Origin: an uncultured Acidobacteriota bacterium
GTDB lineage: Bacteria; Acidobacteriota; Blastocatellia; RBC074
Reading direction: 5' to 3'
Assembly (NCBI GenBank): GCA_963796275.1
Contig: CAWCKY010000007.1
Coordinates: 576,001-640,000, forward strand
DNA: 64,000 nt
The position numbers were made by a program, and so were the translations under genes. Shown one piece after another: positions 11,801-21,637 of this stretch; the stretch's first letter is position 1, and each line of letters starts with the position of its first letter. A model generated the notes under the pieces. The model was not told the origin of the DNA. It worked only from the letters and a program-made list of their open reading frames with translations, and searched no databases.

Positions 11801-12422
11801 TCAGATCGAGGATCGACACGTTATTTTCCGCGTTCACATTTGAGATGCCGTCGATCGTCACTTCGCTGGTCGCATTGCGCCCGCCGCTTATGAACGGCGA
11901 CGACCCGGGGCCCGGGATCACACCCGGAGCAAGCGAAGCCAACGAGAACGGATTGCGCCCGTTGAGCGGGAGATCGATTATGCGTTTGTTTTCAATGGTC
12001 TGGCTGACGGTTGAACTCGTAAGTTCAATGGCTGCTGCCCCGGAGGATGTGACGGTGACGCTCTCCGTCGTATCGCCTATCTCCAGGGTTACATCCATCT
12101 CACGGATCTGCTGGACATCGAGTTTGACTTCATCTAGTGTTGCGGTCTTGAACCCGGATCTTTTAATATTGATTCGGTAGAGACCGGGTTTTAATTGTGG
12201 AACGACATAACTGCCGTTGCCTTCGGTCGTAACAACCCGGGTCTCGTTCGTTCCTTTATTAATGATAGATACTTCCGCTCCGGCGATGACCGCGCCGGCT
12301 GCATCCTGAACGGTTCCGCGTATCGTGCCGGTGAATTGCTGCGCACTGACTGGAAATGAGATTCCGACGAGCAGTATCAAAATAAACATAATAAGACGTA
12401 CCGCTGGTAATTGATTTGACAT
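8874..12422 (-). CDS. TonB-dependent receptor, acidobacterial Oar-like type with carboxypeptidase-regulatory-like N-domain
   Basis: GTIRGTVQDAAGAVIAGA, LPLNGRN, PSVDAVQEFSVQT, C-terminal PRQIQLALKLIF. Confidence 0.95.
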   Translation of the reverse strand: MSNQLPAVRLIMFILILLVGISFPVSAQQFTGTIRGTVQDAAGAVIAGAEVSIINKGTNETRVVTTEGNGSYVVPQLKPGLYRINIKRSGFKTATLDEVKLDVQQIREMDVTLEIGDTTESVTVTSSGAAAIELTSSTVSQTIENKRIIDLPLNGRNPFSLASLAPGVIPGPGSSPFISGGRNATSEVTIDGISNVNAENNVSILDLNYTPSVDAVQEFSVQTNSVSAEFGRLGGGVINLVTKSGTNQYHWTGFGFTRNSLLDANNFFSNRAGIEKGSFKRHQFGGNVGGPIRTDRTFFFVNYEGLRQGAASVGTFTVPLAEWRRGDFSNLMTAGGQRIQLYNPFSTEADRTTPGRFTRDPFRCGADGNPLPLQPNNRQVGGEACNKIPTALLNPIALNLMQYWPLPNTTPINANTQQNNFTAVGTNISNSNQIDSRVDHNFTANWRSFVRFSTLFKNPNRPFNHFANPATPNNAGPTDSTSKSISVDNVYTVNPTLFLNARYGLNRRTVVRIPFSTGFDITQLGFPAAIQGVAQAAEFPRINVGGLSSLGQETFNDLVIAPTTHSFNANVTKTLPRHTFKFGMDYRKLMLNFLQLGQPSGEYNFSPTWTQRDPNQGSNMDGFGLASMLIGIPNSGTVSHDPTPASSSSYWALYFEDTWRMTPKLTITLGLRYDLDVPRTERYNRLSVFDFDAPSPIASMVPANPYFNPADLKGAINFVTAEERRQFPTDKNNWGPRIGFAYSLNDRTVVRAAYGIYYAPSVLQAAGHTGTAGMIGYRTSSNMIVSLNGRDPIGFFDNPFPNGFNLPPGTSLGTATNIGLGIGEGVIPDHHSPYIQQWNFNIQRELPGNIVFEAAYIGSKGTRLLAGENGITQSQLPASFLRFGTELQDQVTNPFFGIITNPSSNLRSSTVARGRLLRPYPQYDGINAFRVPYGFSIYHGGTLRADKRFSNGLSILVAYTWNKLIDDVSTTVGFLGQASSRQNVYDRAAERSIGSQDITHRFVNSFVYDMPFGRGKKFGGSLPSAANWLVGGWQFNGIVTFQSGLPILITQGQNNVGLFNPTQRPTWNGNNANIDGTKDAKLAKWFDTSAFAITPAFTFGNSPRVMPNLRMDGEKNFDLSLFKNNYFKEGKWNAQFRIEFFNAFNRVRLGGPNGQVDSNNFGTIGGQGNGPRQIQLALKLIF

Positions 12423-12936
12423 TAGTCTCCTGTGTGATGGGTGGGATTTACACGATTTTTCAATGATTTGGTAAGCGAAATAAGCTAAATCTTTGCTAAA
12501 CTTGAAAAATCTTGAAGATCCGCTTACCTGATCTATTAAATGAAGTCTAGAGTTATCCCAGCAAGTTCGTGAGTGATTGACTAAGTATTGATTGAATGCT
12601 GAATCGGAGCAGGCCTATTTATATTTTTGTCTAGAGTATTGGTCTAGTGTTTTCCTGGCAAAGCTGTTTGAAGAACAATTAATCGGTCGCGTTTCAGAAG
12701 GAGGATGATCTTTCTAAACCAATGCGTCCGGGATTTAAACCAATTGTAACCTACAGGCAGTTTGGTAGGCTCTCGGGCGGACACATTGGCCTGATTATCA
12801 ACGGCATATAATTAATATTTCCGAAACGCGACCGAAATCGTCAGGTTCGAGATTATGTGTTCTTGGATTCAAAGTCCTTTAGATTAGCTAAATTTTTGGT
12901 AAAGAAAGTTGTAAAGATCAGCTAAATGCTGTTTTT

Positions 12937-15196
12937 ATGATTCACTTGGAATCCAAACTTGGGTTGTATTACGAATTTGGGCCTTTCCGGCTTGACCCGG
13001 GAGAACACCGCTTCTATCGCGACGGTGAGATAATACTTTTGCCTCCCAAGGAATTCGATCTCCTTTTGCTTCTGGTGAAGAGCTCCGGAAAGATAATGGA
13101 TAGGGAGAGTCTAATAAAAGCTCTCTGGCCAAGGACGGTCGTCGAAGAGGCAAATCTCAATGTTCACATTTCGGCTCTGCGGAAGACCCTCGGCGAAAAG
13201 CCGGACGAATATCGATATATCGAGACTATACCTAGATTGGGTTATCGCTTCATCGCGCCGGTCATAGAAGTCAATACTGCCGCTAAGATAGAAGCGCAGG
13301 CGCATCCGTTCAAGAATTCGTCCGAACTTCTGTTTCCACCGACCTGGACAGGGGATGAGAAGGTACTGAGCCTGGACGGCACTTCTCAGCAGAGGATCCG
13401 ATCCCGGTTACTCGCGCCCTCGTATGTCTGCGGCGACATTGCCAATCTGGCTGCTCGCGCTCTCCGCGCTAGGCATTCTCGCCATCCTGATACTCAAGCC
13501 ATACCGCTCGGGGATACCCGGGAACGGAATAGAGAAGTCGTTGGAAGTGGTTCCGCTGACTACCTATCCTGGACATGAGTATCAGCCGGCTTTTTCGCCG
13601 GATGGGAATCAAATAGCATTTGTCTGGACGGGAGAAACCGGCGACAACAGCGACATCTATGTAAGGCTGGTTGATGGCAGCAATTCGGTGAGACTGACTA
13701 CGCATCCTGGTGATGACGTAAATCCTGTCTGGTCGCCTGATGGAAGCATGATCGCCTTCTATCGCAATACAGGGGACCGTGACGGAGTATATATAATGCC
13801 TTCACTGGGCGGAGCAGAGCGCAAGGTGACCGATGCCTGGGCGAATCGCTTCAGTTTCGGAAGTCGTACATGGCTCCACTGGTCTCCCGACGGGAAATGG
13901 CTTGTGTTGAGCGACAAGCTTTCAGATGATGAGCCATTCGGACTTTTTCTTATCTCGCCCGAAACCGGAGAGAGGCGCCGCCTGACATCGCCTCCGGTAA
14001 GCTATATCGGGGATTGCAGTCCGGCCTTTTCGCCCGATGGATCGCAGGTGGGTTTTGTGCGAGTCTTCAGCGCCGTAGTCGGTGAGGTATTCCTCGTCTC
14101 GCTTGATGGAGGCGAACCGGTGCGGCTGACGCACGACGGGGGCGGCGCAAGCAATCTGACCTGGGTACAGGATGGGCGCGAGATCGTTTTCTCCACACGG
14201 TATGGCGGGAGAGCTCAATTGCAGAGGCTTCCGATCGGAGGCACGCCTCAATGGTTGGCGGCGAGCGGCACCGATGCCCATTACCCGGCCTTCTCCGCTC
14301 AGGGGAACCGGTTGGCCTGGACGAAAAATACTGCGAATTCAGATATCTTCAGAGCGTCTCTCGCAAACGAACGGGATGGGAGCAAATCATACTCCAGTTT
14401 TATCGTTTCAACAGCAGTTGAAGGCAGCCCGCAGTACTCGCCGGATGGGAGTAGGATCGTTTTCCAGTCGAATCGGACAGGCGGAGGAGAAATTTGGGTT
14501 TGCGGCAGCGAGGGAGAGAATCCGATACGGCTGACATCATTTCGCGGACCGCTCACCGGCTCGCCGAGATGGTCGCCCGATGGCCGGCATATCGTCCTCG
14601 ACTCACGGCCTGAAGGAAATGCCGATATCTATATCGTCAGCAGCGAAGGCGGCGGCCCGCCGCGGCGGCTGACGACCGATCCCGGTGAAGACATCGTGCC
14701 CAGCTTCTCGCGCGACGGGCGCTGGATCTATTTCTCCTCGAGCCGTAGCGGCAGGCTGCAGGTCTGGAAGATGGCGCCGGATGGAAGCGACGCCGTCCAG
14801 GTGACGAAAAATGGCGGTTTTGAGCCTCGTGAATCGCCTGATGGCCAGTGGCTATATTACGCGCGGGACCGAGGGTCATCATCGATCTGGCGCATCCCGG
14901 CGAGCGGCGGTGAAGAGACTCCGGTCTATGATTTTCAACAGAAGGCCCTCAGCCGGATGTGGTCGGTATTGAATGACGGTATTTATTTCGCTGTCGCCGA
15001 GTCATCTACTCGGTCAGCCATAAAGTTCTATAGCTTCACCAATGGAAGCGTGAAGACGGTCATCGATGGTATAGATGACGGTATCATGCCCAATAGCATT
15101 TCGGGTCTGACGATTTCGCCGGACGGGAGATGGGTGCTGTTTCCTCTAGTGATTCAGCGTGGTAGTGATTTGATGATGATTGAAAACTTTCGCTGA
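12937..15196 (+). CDS. Winged-helix (OmpR/CadC-type) DNA-binding + TM + TolB/PD40 propeller sensor-regulator, split by a +1 frameshift near 13417-13419
   Basis: ORF 12937-13578 has YEFGPFRLD…LPPKEFDLL…IETIPRLGYRF; ORF 13424-15196 has a TM segment and SPDG repeats. Removing one C from CCC joins them (…RLLAPRMSAATLPIWLL). Assembly error or pseudogene. Confidence 0.8.
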
Positions 15197-15419
15197 ATTC
15201 TTACCTCAGAGCAAACTTAGAAATGTACTCGACTATATCCACCGGCTTCCTCCGGCGCTGATCATAGTTGCTGATCATAATTATTGATAACAATCGAATT
15301 TAAAGTGCGCAGTCCTTATTTATCTACTCATCAGAAAGATTGCGACTTTGAAGTAGAAGCGAAATAGGTCACATCGCTCCGTCATATTACTTTTATCTGT
15401 CAACATAGATGTAAAAGCG

Positions 15420-16124
15420 ATGAAAGTTATTGCATCGACTGATGCGTCATATTCGAATAACATGCGAGAAAAAGAGGCTTGGCTTCAGCTGACCGAAGCC
15501 GAACAGCAAATAATTACGGCCAAACTGCCACTCAACCATACTGAAACAGCTCAAAAAGTATTTAACGACCGACTGACGGGAAAAAACGCCGAAGAAACAG
15601 AGGCTCTTGTAACAGCAATTAAGAACCTCATAGACAACGCAGGCGGTCGAGCTAACAGTGAAGTCTGGCAACAAATTCAGAGTATTGATGGCGGATGGGT
15701 GGATAAAAGGGACAGCTCGTCTGGGGCATTACATTTGAGCGTCAATAATTCCAAGGACTTTCTCACCGTCCTTCGGAAGAATGGGTATGATGTTAATCGA
15801 TACTACGAGGTTTTCAGTGATCACAAGCACTCCGCCCGATTCATAACCGAAACCTCATACCAGCCTGGGATGCACTTTGTACAGGAAGAGAATTATCCCG
15901 ATAACAAATTTGACGTCCATTGGGATCGAAGGTCTTCGGCCTTTAAAAAAGCATACCGGAAGTATTTCTTGCTGCCCGCTTTTGCCGAAAAAATCATTGA
16001 GCGGATAGGGGCAGGGAAGACACATACGAACCCTATCTCTTCCGCTCAAGTGAGACAGGATTTGAAGAAAATGGGTATGGTTCCTGATGAGGGTTCACCG
16101 CGGACTTTCAGCGAGTCGTCCTGA
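15420..16124 (+). CDS. Hypothetical protein, AT-rich
   Basis: 234-aa ORF, visibly more AT-rich than neighbours; no recognised family. Confidence 0.65.
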   Translation: MKVIASTDASYSNNMREKEAWLQLTEAEQQIITAKLPLNHTETAQKVFNDRLTGKNAEETEALVTAIKNLIDNAGGRANSEVWQQIQSIDGGWVDKRDSSSGALHLSVNNSKDFLTVLRKNGYDVNRYYEVFSDHKHSARFITETSYQPGMHFVQEENYPDNKFDVHWDRRSSAFKKAYRKYFLLPAFAEKIIERIGAGKTHTNPISSAQVRQDLKKMGMVPDEGSPRTFSESS

Positions 16125-16310
16125 CAAGATAATAGAAATCAAGACAGCTCAGCCCGTCACGGATGCAACGAATAGTCCCCGATAATTCGTGCTGACCCAT
16201 CGCATCCGTGAAAATCCTTGGGGAATTCCCAGCGCTGATTTTCCGTTTCCCTTGTACTTCGACAGCAGTGCGAGTAGGATTTTGCTGTAGAAGCAACAGG
16301 GGAGCTGAAT

Positions 16311-16643
16311 ATGGCAGAACAACGTATAGACTTACCGCAGGGGACACTGGACCTGTTGATCCTCAAGATCATAGCTCTCGGGCCTCAGCACGGATGGGCG
16401 ATCTCGGAGCGCGTTCAGCAGATCTCGAGCGATGCCCTTCAGGTTAAGCAGGGATCATTGTATCCGGCTCTTCACCGGCTGGAACGCCGCGGGTTGATTA
16501 AGGCGCGTTGGAACACTACCGAGAACAATCGGCAAGCGAAATATTATGAGCTGACCCGCCGCGGGCATAGACAATTGGAAGCCCAGGAAGATTCGTGGCG
16601 CAGACTGACCGCCGCGGTCAGCCAGATTCTGGACACTGCTTAA
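16311..16643 (+). CDS. PadR-family transcriptional regulator (acidobacterial type)
   Basis: QGTLDLLILK…QGSLYPALHRLE; directly upstream of an ADOP permease. Confidence 0.95.
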   Translation: MAEQRIDLPQGTLDLLILKIIALGPQHGWAISERVQQISSDALQVKQGSLYPALHRLERRGLIKARWNTTENNRQAKYYELTRRGHRQLEAQEDSWRRLTAAVSQILDTA

Positions 16644-16667
16644 TCCTCAGGTAGCCAGGAGGACACG

Positions 16668-19325
16668 ATGATAAGTGATCTGTTATATCGTCTGCGCGCC
16701 ATTTTCCGGCGGCGCTCGGTTGAACAGGAGCTCGACGAAGAGTTGCGATTCCACCTGGAAAACGAGATCGAAAAACTGATGCGATCGGGCCTCACTCGCG
16801 AGGAAGCGTCGAGAAAGGCCAGGCTGTTGCTAGGCGGAATGGATCAGGTGAAAGAGGAATGCCGGGAGGTGCGCGGCGTCTCGGTGGTTGAGACAGCGAT
16901 TCAGGACCTTCGCTATGGATTACGCGGGCTGCGCCGCAATCCGGGGTTGGCCATTATAGCTATAGTGACGTTGTCGTTGGGGATGGCCGCAAGCATCGTC
17001 GTGTTCAGCATATTCGAGGCGGTTCTGCTCAGGCCGCTGCCTTTTCGTGATGCTGATCGCCTGGTACAGATATGGGAGACGCGGCTCGAACGTGGGATCG
17101 ACCAGATGGGATTCAGCGAAGGCAACTTTTGGGATGTCCGCACGCGGAACCATTCCTTTGAGGCGGTTGCGGCCATTCACTATGACGAAGCCATTCTTAC
17201 CGGCAGCGGTCCGGCGAAGAAAGTCTCGATGAATTATGTTACGCCCAATTTTTTCCGCACCCTCGAGGTATCACCCCTGTTGGGGCGCAGCTTCTCAGAT
17301 GAGGATAAAGAGGACAATCGCGTGGCGATTCTCGGAAACCGGTTTTGGAAGGAGCAGTTCGGCGGGGATCCGGCGATCATCGGCAAATCGCTGCGGCTGA
17401 ACGATATGGTCTCATTCACAGTGGTGGGAGTGCTGCCGGCAGGTGAGCAGTGGATCAACGAGCAGATTTACGTGCAGGGCGGAGTCACCAACAGTGCAGA
17501 TGCCCCTCGCAGCAAAGGGGAAAGCAGAGTGATCGCTCGGCTAGCACCAGAAGTTTCGGCAGAAGCAGCGCAAGCAGACCTACTGCAAATCGCCGGCGTG
17601 CTCGCCCAATCCTACCCAATAGAAAACGAAGGCCTCGGATTCCGCCTGGAGTCTTCAAGCATATGGAAAGCCAGCGACACCACACGCCGGGCTCTCTGGG
17701 TGTTGTTCGGTGCGGTCACCTTCCTTTTGTTAATCGGATGCATGAACATCGCGAATCTCCTGCTGGCACGGGGCACAGCGCGGCAGCGGGAGATCGCCGT
17801 TCGTATCGTGCTCGGCGCAAGCCGCGGCCGGCTGGTTCGCTTTGTGATGATGGAGGTGATTCTGCTCACCGGATTCGGAGTCGCGCTCGGTCTGGCGATG
17901 GCGTACACCGCTCTGCGCGTGATGCATACAATTGAGATTGCCGGAATTCCACGGTTGGCGGACGCCAGCCTGAATCGCTGGGTACTTGTGTTCGCCGTAA
18001 TAATTGCGTCTCTGACCGGCTTGCTATCCGGTCTCGCACCGGCGCTGCAAGCGTGGGCTAGCGGGGTCACAGCCGCATTACGCGACAGCGACCGCCAGGC
18101 GGGAAGCCGCAGGCAAGGTCGCCTGCGTGCAACACTGGTCACTGGCGAGGTGGCGCTCTCGTTTCTATTGCTCGTGGGCGCAGGCCTGCTGATTCGCAGT
18201 TTCGTCCAGTTGATGAACGTGGACCGTGGATTCCAGTCCGAGGATCGACTGATGTTTAGGGTGAATATGCCAGGTCACTACTGGTGGAAAGGCACGGGCA
18301 GGCGGGTTCTTGACCGGCTTTTTGAGCGCCTGTCAGCCGTTCCCGGTGTGATCGCGGTCGGAGCGGTCAACGACCGGCCTCTGGAGCCTATACTGGGCCA
18401 CAGTGGAGCTACGGAAATCGATTCCGGTTCGCGATCGCAAAACTCTGAGCGCCGCACGCCGCTTACGGTCGGAGCGCGCATCGTTACGTCCGGTTACTTT
18501 CGTGCCATCGGGTTGCCCTTTCTTCACGGAAGAGGTTTCGACGAGAACGACGAAATGGTTTGGGAGCAGATATCTCCTAACACGCAACGGTCCGCATCGC
18601 CACGGCGCGTAGTTGTCAGCGGGCGACTGGCGAAGTTGCTCTTCCCCAATGAATATCCAGTCGGCAAACACGTGAGAATGAGAAATCTGGACGCCGAGGT
18701 TATAGGCGTAGTCGAAGATAGCCGCGAGCGCGGCTTGATCTCCGATCCCACACTCACCGTCTATCTTCCGCATGGCCGAAACCACTTGACGCCCGAGTTC
18801 GTCGTCCACACCCGTGCGAATCATCTCGATCTGGCGCAGGAAGTGCAAAAGATCGTCACCTCGCTGGACTCCAATCTTGCAGTTACTGATATTCGCTCAT
18901 TTGAAGAAGTGATATCCCGTTCCGTCACACCACAGCGGTTCAATGCCATTCTACTGGGAGTTTTCAGCGGACTCGCGCTACTGCTGGCGATCACCGGCAT
19001 CTACGGCGTGCTCTCCTATTCGATGAGCCGCCGTACATCCGAAATCGGGCTGCGTATGGCGCTCGGTGCAACAACAGGCAGCATCTTGCGGCTGACGATA
19101 CTACAAGGAATGCGACCCGTATTGCTGGGGATCGGGCTGGGTGGACTGGGAGCGTGGTGGCTGTCGGGCTACCTCGCATCGCTGCTCTTCGGGATCGAGC
19201 CATTCGACATTATCACCTACGCGGCGGTAGCAACGCTGCTTCTGGCGACGGCGCTGGCTGCCTGCTATCTTCCCGGCCGTCGCGCAATGCGGATTGATCC
19301 AGCTATAGCGCTGCGCATCGAGTAG
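16668..19325 (+). CDS. ADOP-type duplicated MacB/FtsX ABC permease
   Basis: LDEELRFHLE, QDLRYGLR, NIANLLLARG…EIAVR, EIGLRMALGA, C-terminal DPAIALRIE. Confidence 0.95.
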   Translation: MISDLLYRLRAIFRRRSVEQELDEELRFHLENEIEKLMRSGLTREEASRKARLLLGGMDQVKEECREVRGVSVVETAIQDLRYGLRGLRRNPGLAIIAIVTLSLGMAASIVVFSIFEAVLLRPLPFRDADRLVQIWETRLERGIDQMGFSEGNFWDVRTRNHSFEAVAAIHYDEAILTGSGPAKKVSMNYVTPNFFRTLEVSPLLGRSFSDEDKEDNRVAILGNRFWKEQFGGDPAIIGKSLRLNDMVSFTVVGVLPAGEQWINEQIYVQGGVTNSADAPRSKGESRVIARLAPEVSAEAAQADLLQIAGVLAQSYPIENEGLGFRLESSSIWKASDTTRRALWVLFGAVTFLLLIGCMNIANLLLARGTARQREIAVRIVLGASRGRLVRFVMMEVILLTGFGVALGLAMAYTALRVMHTIEIAGIPRLADASLNRWVLVFAVIIASLTGLLSGLAPALQAWASGVTAALRDSDRQAGSRRQGRLRATLVTGEVALSFLLLVGAGLLIRSFVQLMNVDRGFQSEDRLMFRVNMPGHYWWKGTGRRVLDRLFERLSAVPGVIAVGAVNDRPLEPILGHSGATEIDSGSRSQNSERRTPLTVGARIVTSGYFRAIGLPFLHGRGFDENDEMVWEQISPNTQRSASPRRVVVSGRLAKLLFPNEYPVGKHVRMRNLDAEVIGVVEDSRERGLISDPTLTVYLPHGRNHLTPEFVVHTRANHLDLAQEVQKIVTSLDSNLAVTDIRSFEEVISRSVTPQRFNAILLGVFSGLALLLAITGIYGVLSYSMSRRTSEIGLRMALGATTGSILRLTILQGMRPVLLGIGLGGLGAWWLSGYLASLLFGIEPFDIITYAAVATLLLATALAACYLPGRRAMRIDPAIALRIE

Positions 19326-19333
19326 CTTTGTAG

Positions 19334-19708
19334 AGCCCGTGAAGCGGGCGATAGAATAAAGCCCAGGGTGTAGGCGAAGCCGGAACCCTGGGTGTAGTCA
19401 TAGTAAATGATTCAAGCCCATGAAATGGGCGGCAGATTTAGATCAACCGCACAACCTCGCGGTCTATCGCCCACTTCGTGGACTTGCGCGACTTGGTGGC
19501 GTGCAACCCAGGGTTCCGCATCGGCTCTACTCTGGGTGTAGTCATAGTAAATGGTTCAAGCCCATGAAATGGGCGGCAGATTTAGATCAACCGCGCAACC
19601 TCGCGGTCTATCGCCCACTTCGTGGGCTCGCGCGACTTGGTGGCGTGCACCCAGGGTTCCGCCTTCGGCTCTACCCTGGGCTTTATTCTATCGCCCGCTT
19701 CGCGGGCT
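19334..19708. repeat. Large palindromic extragenic element with internal 144-bp duplication
   Basis: Terminal IR AGCCCGTGAAGCGGGCGATAGAATAAAGCCCAGGGT / ACCCTGGGCTTTATTCTATCGCCCGCTTCGCGGGCT; duplicated block at 19388 and 19532. Confidence 0.85.
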
Positions 19709-19898
19709 TGAACAATTTCAGAAAACTTCGTTTACGCAATACTTAGGACGAATTGTGAAACCATCTATTAAGCATCTAATCAGCTAAATCATAAATCACT
19801 GCATCCCGCGAACCGACGTCACCCGCACGATTGAAAACTGACCTGTCAGTTTTAGTTTTGAAACGTGAATGACCTGATTCCCGCGTTGGTTTTCCCCC

Positions 19899-21494
19899 TC
19901 AATTCCGATCCGATACGCTTGGGTTCAATCCGCCGTCGAACTCAGCCAACATCGCGCAAACCTGGTCCAACACCACCGTCACATCCCGTCCGCTGCCTAC
20001 ATAGTTATTCCCCATCATACTGAATATCAACACTTGCCCGCGGTGAGTCGTGACGTACCCCGATAGCGAGTTGACATAGCTCAGCGTACCTGTTTTCCCC
20101 CGGAAGTTGTTGAATGCTTCCGTCTCCCGCATACGGCGTTCGAGCGTGCCATCAACGCCGGCAAGAGCCAGCGATTCGCGATACACGCTCGAGTGCTTAT
20201 GAATCAGCATGTATTCCAACAGCCTGGTCGTTGAGCGAGGAGTGACCAGATTCTGGCGCGCAAGACCTGAACCGTCGCGCAGACTCAGAGCACCTACCTC
20301 GATACCGGCCCGTTGCAGGAATCTCCGGCTCATTTCAGTGCCTAACGATGCAGTCTGTTTCGGCCGCTCATATTCGTCGAGCAAACCGTATTCAGGGTGG
20401 CGCGTGCCGAGTTGTCTGAGCAGCAGCTCTGTATGCAGGTTCTGGCTCTGTTTGTTGACGATTTTAAGCATCTCTGACAGGGGCTGAGATTCGTATTTCG
20501 CGACCTCTGTCATTTTCGATACGTCGATTGGCTCCGCGACGCGCGCGATAGCGTCTCGCCGCTCTATCCGCCCGCGCAAACGTATTTTCCGGCGGGCGAG
20601 AGCTTCTCGAAGCAGCGTGGCCGCGAAGACCGCAGGATTGTGAATTGCGATGTTGACTGAAACGCCGGGCGCTCTCCGCGGTATCGCCCCGAAAAACTCG
20701 ATATCATTGCTGTTGACCGGACGATGGACTCCGATGCGCGTTTGGCCGTTTGCGCTGGTGGTTGCGTTATTTATTATGCGAACGAAATTGGTGATCGGTT
20801 GGACTTTGATCACAGGTTTCTCGCCGACTTTGGAAGCGGGGGCGATGGTGAAGGTCAGCGTGTTGTCGTTTGCGGTGAGGGCGCTCACTTCTGCGCCGTA
20901 GTAAAACTGCATATCATCCCATTCCCATCCGGGGCCAACCAGATCGCCAGCAAAGAAGCTGTCGTCCCCGATGATGTTGCCCGCGATGACCCTGATTCCT
21001 CGCGCTTTGATCTGATCGGCCAGTTTCTCAATCGCGCTGATCTTGTTGGCCGGCATGAAGTCGCTGTATCGCTTGGGATCATCGGTCTCGAAGCGCGGAG
21101 AGAGATTGGGATCGCCGCGTCCGTAAAGGATCAGGTCGCCCTGCAGCACCCCTTTTACGATCGGGTTTGCAGCGTAGACGGAAGTCTTGATTTTGAATGT
21201 GGGACCGAAGGCATCCAGCGCCGCTGCCGAGGTATAAAGCTTCATATTCGATGCCGGCATAAATGCCTTGTCGGCGTCGCGCTCGAAAATGACCTGCCCA
21301 TCCGTCGTGATAATGCGCAACCCCCAGCGCGCGGAAGCGAATTTAGACTGGTCGATCAATTCCGTGATGCGCTCCTGCAGATCAGCCAGAGTTGCCGGTT
21401 TTGTACTCGTGGGCGCTGGTTGTTGTGATAGCGCGGGCGAAAGCGACAGCAGAATAATAAGGACTAAAATGGAGATTCTGTTTATGCTTTTCAT
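19899..21494 (-). CDS. dacB: D-alanyl-D-alanine carboxypeptidase/endopeptidase PBP4 (peptidase S13)
   Basis: PASNMK (SxxK), SQN (SxN), DGSGL, GKTGTL; signal peptide. Confidence 0.92.
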   Translation of the reverse strand: MKSINRISILVLIILLSLSPALSQQPAPTSTKPATLADLQERITELIDQSKFASARWGLRIITTDGQVIFERDADKAFMPASNMKLYTSAAALDAFGPTFKIKTSVYAANPIVKGVLQGDLILYGRGDPNLSPRFETDDPKRYSDFMPANKISAIEKLADQIKARGIRVIAGNIIGDDSFFAGDLVGPGWEWDDMQFYYGAEVSALTANDNTLTFTIAPASKVGEKPVIKVQPITNFVRIINNATTSANGQTRIGVHRPVNSNDIEFFGAIPRRAPGVSVNIAIHNPAVFAATLLREALARRKIRLRGRIERRDAIARVAEPIDVSKMTEVAKYESQPLSEMLKIVNKQSQNLHTELLLRQLGTRHPEYGLLDEYERPKQTASLGTEMSRRFLQRAGIEVGALSLRDGSGLARQNLVTPRSTTRLLEYMLIHKHSSVYRESLALAGVDGTLERRMRETEAFNNFRGKTGTLSYVNSLSGYVTTHRGQVLIFSMMGNNYVGSGRDVTVVLDQVCAMLAEFDGGLNPSVSDRN

Positions 21495-21637
21495 TTCTTC
21501 AAGTAGGCGCGCCTGAGACTTTACAGCTAAGGCTCGCAAGAATCGCACGTATTTCAACACGACGTTATATATTATTTCTCAAATATACGAACTGTCACAC
21601 GGCAGATGGAAAATCAAGGGAGCGATCTTCGCTCTTC

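Noticed and set aside
13410-13430. Programmed ribosomal frameshift in the wHTH-TolB gene
   Set aside because: No slippery sequence, and the same one-base-excess pattern occurs in unrelated genes, suggesting error or mutation.
19420-19787. ORFs with repeated peptide MKWAADLDQP
   Set aside because: Translation of the duplicated palindromic element.
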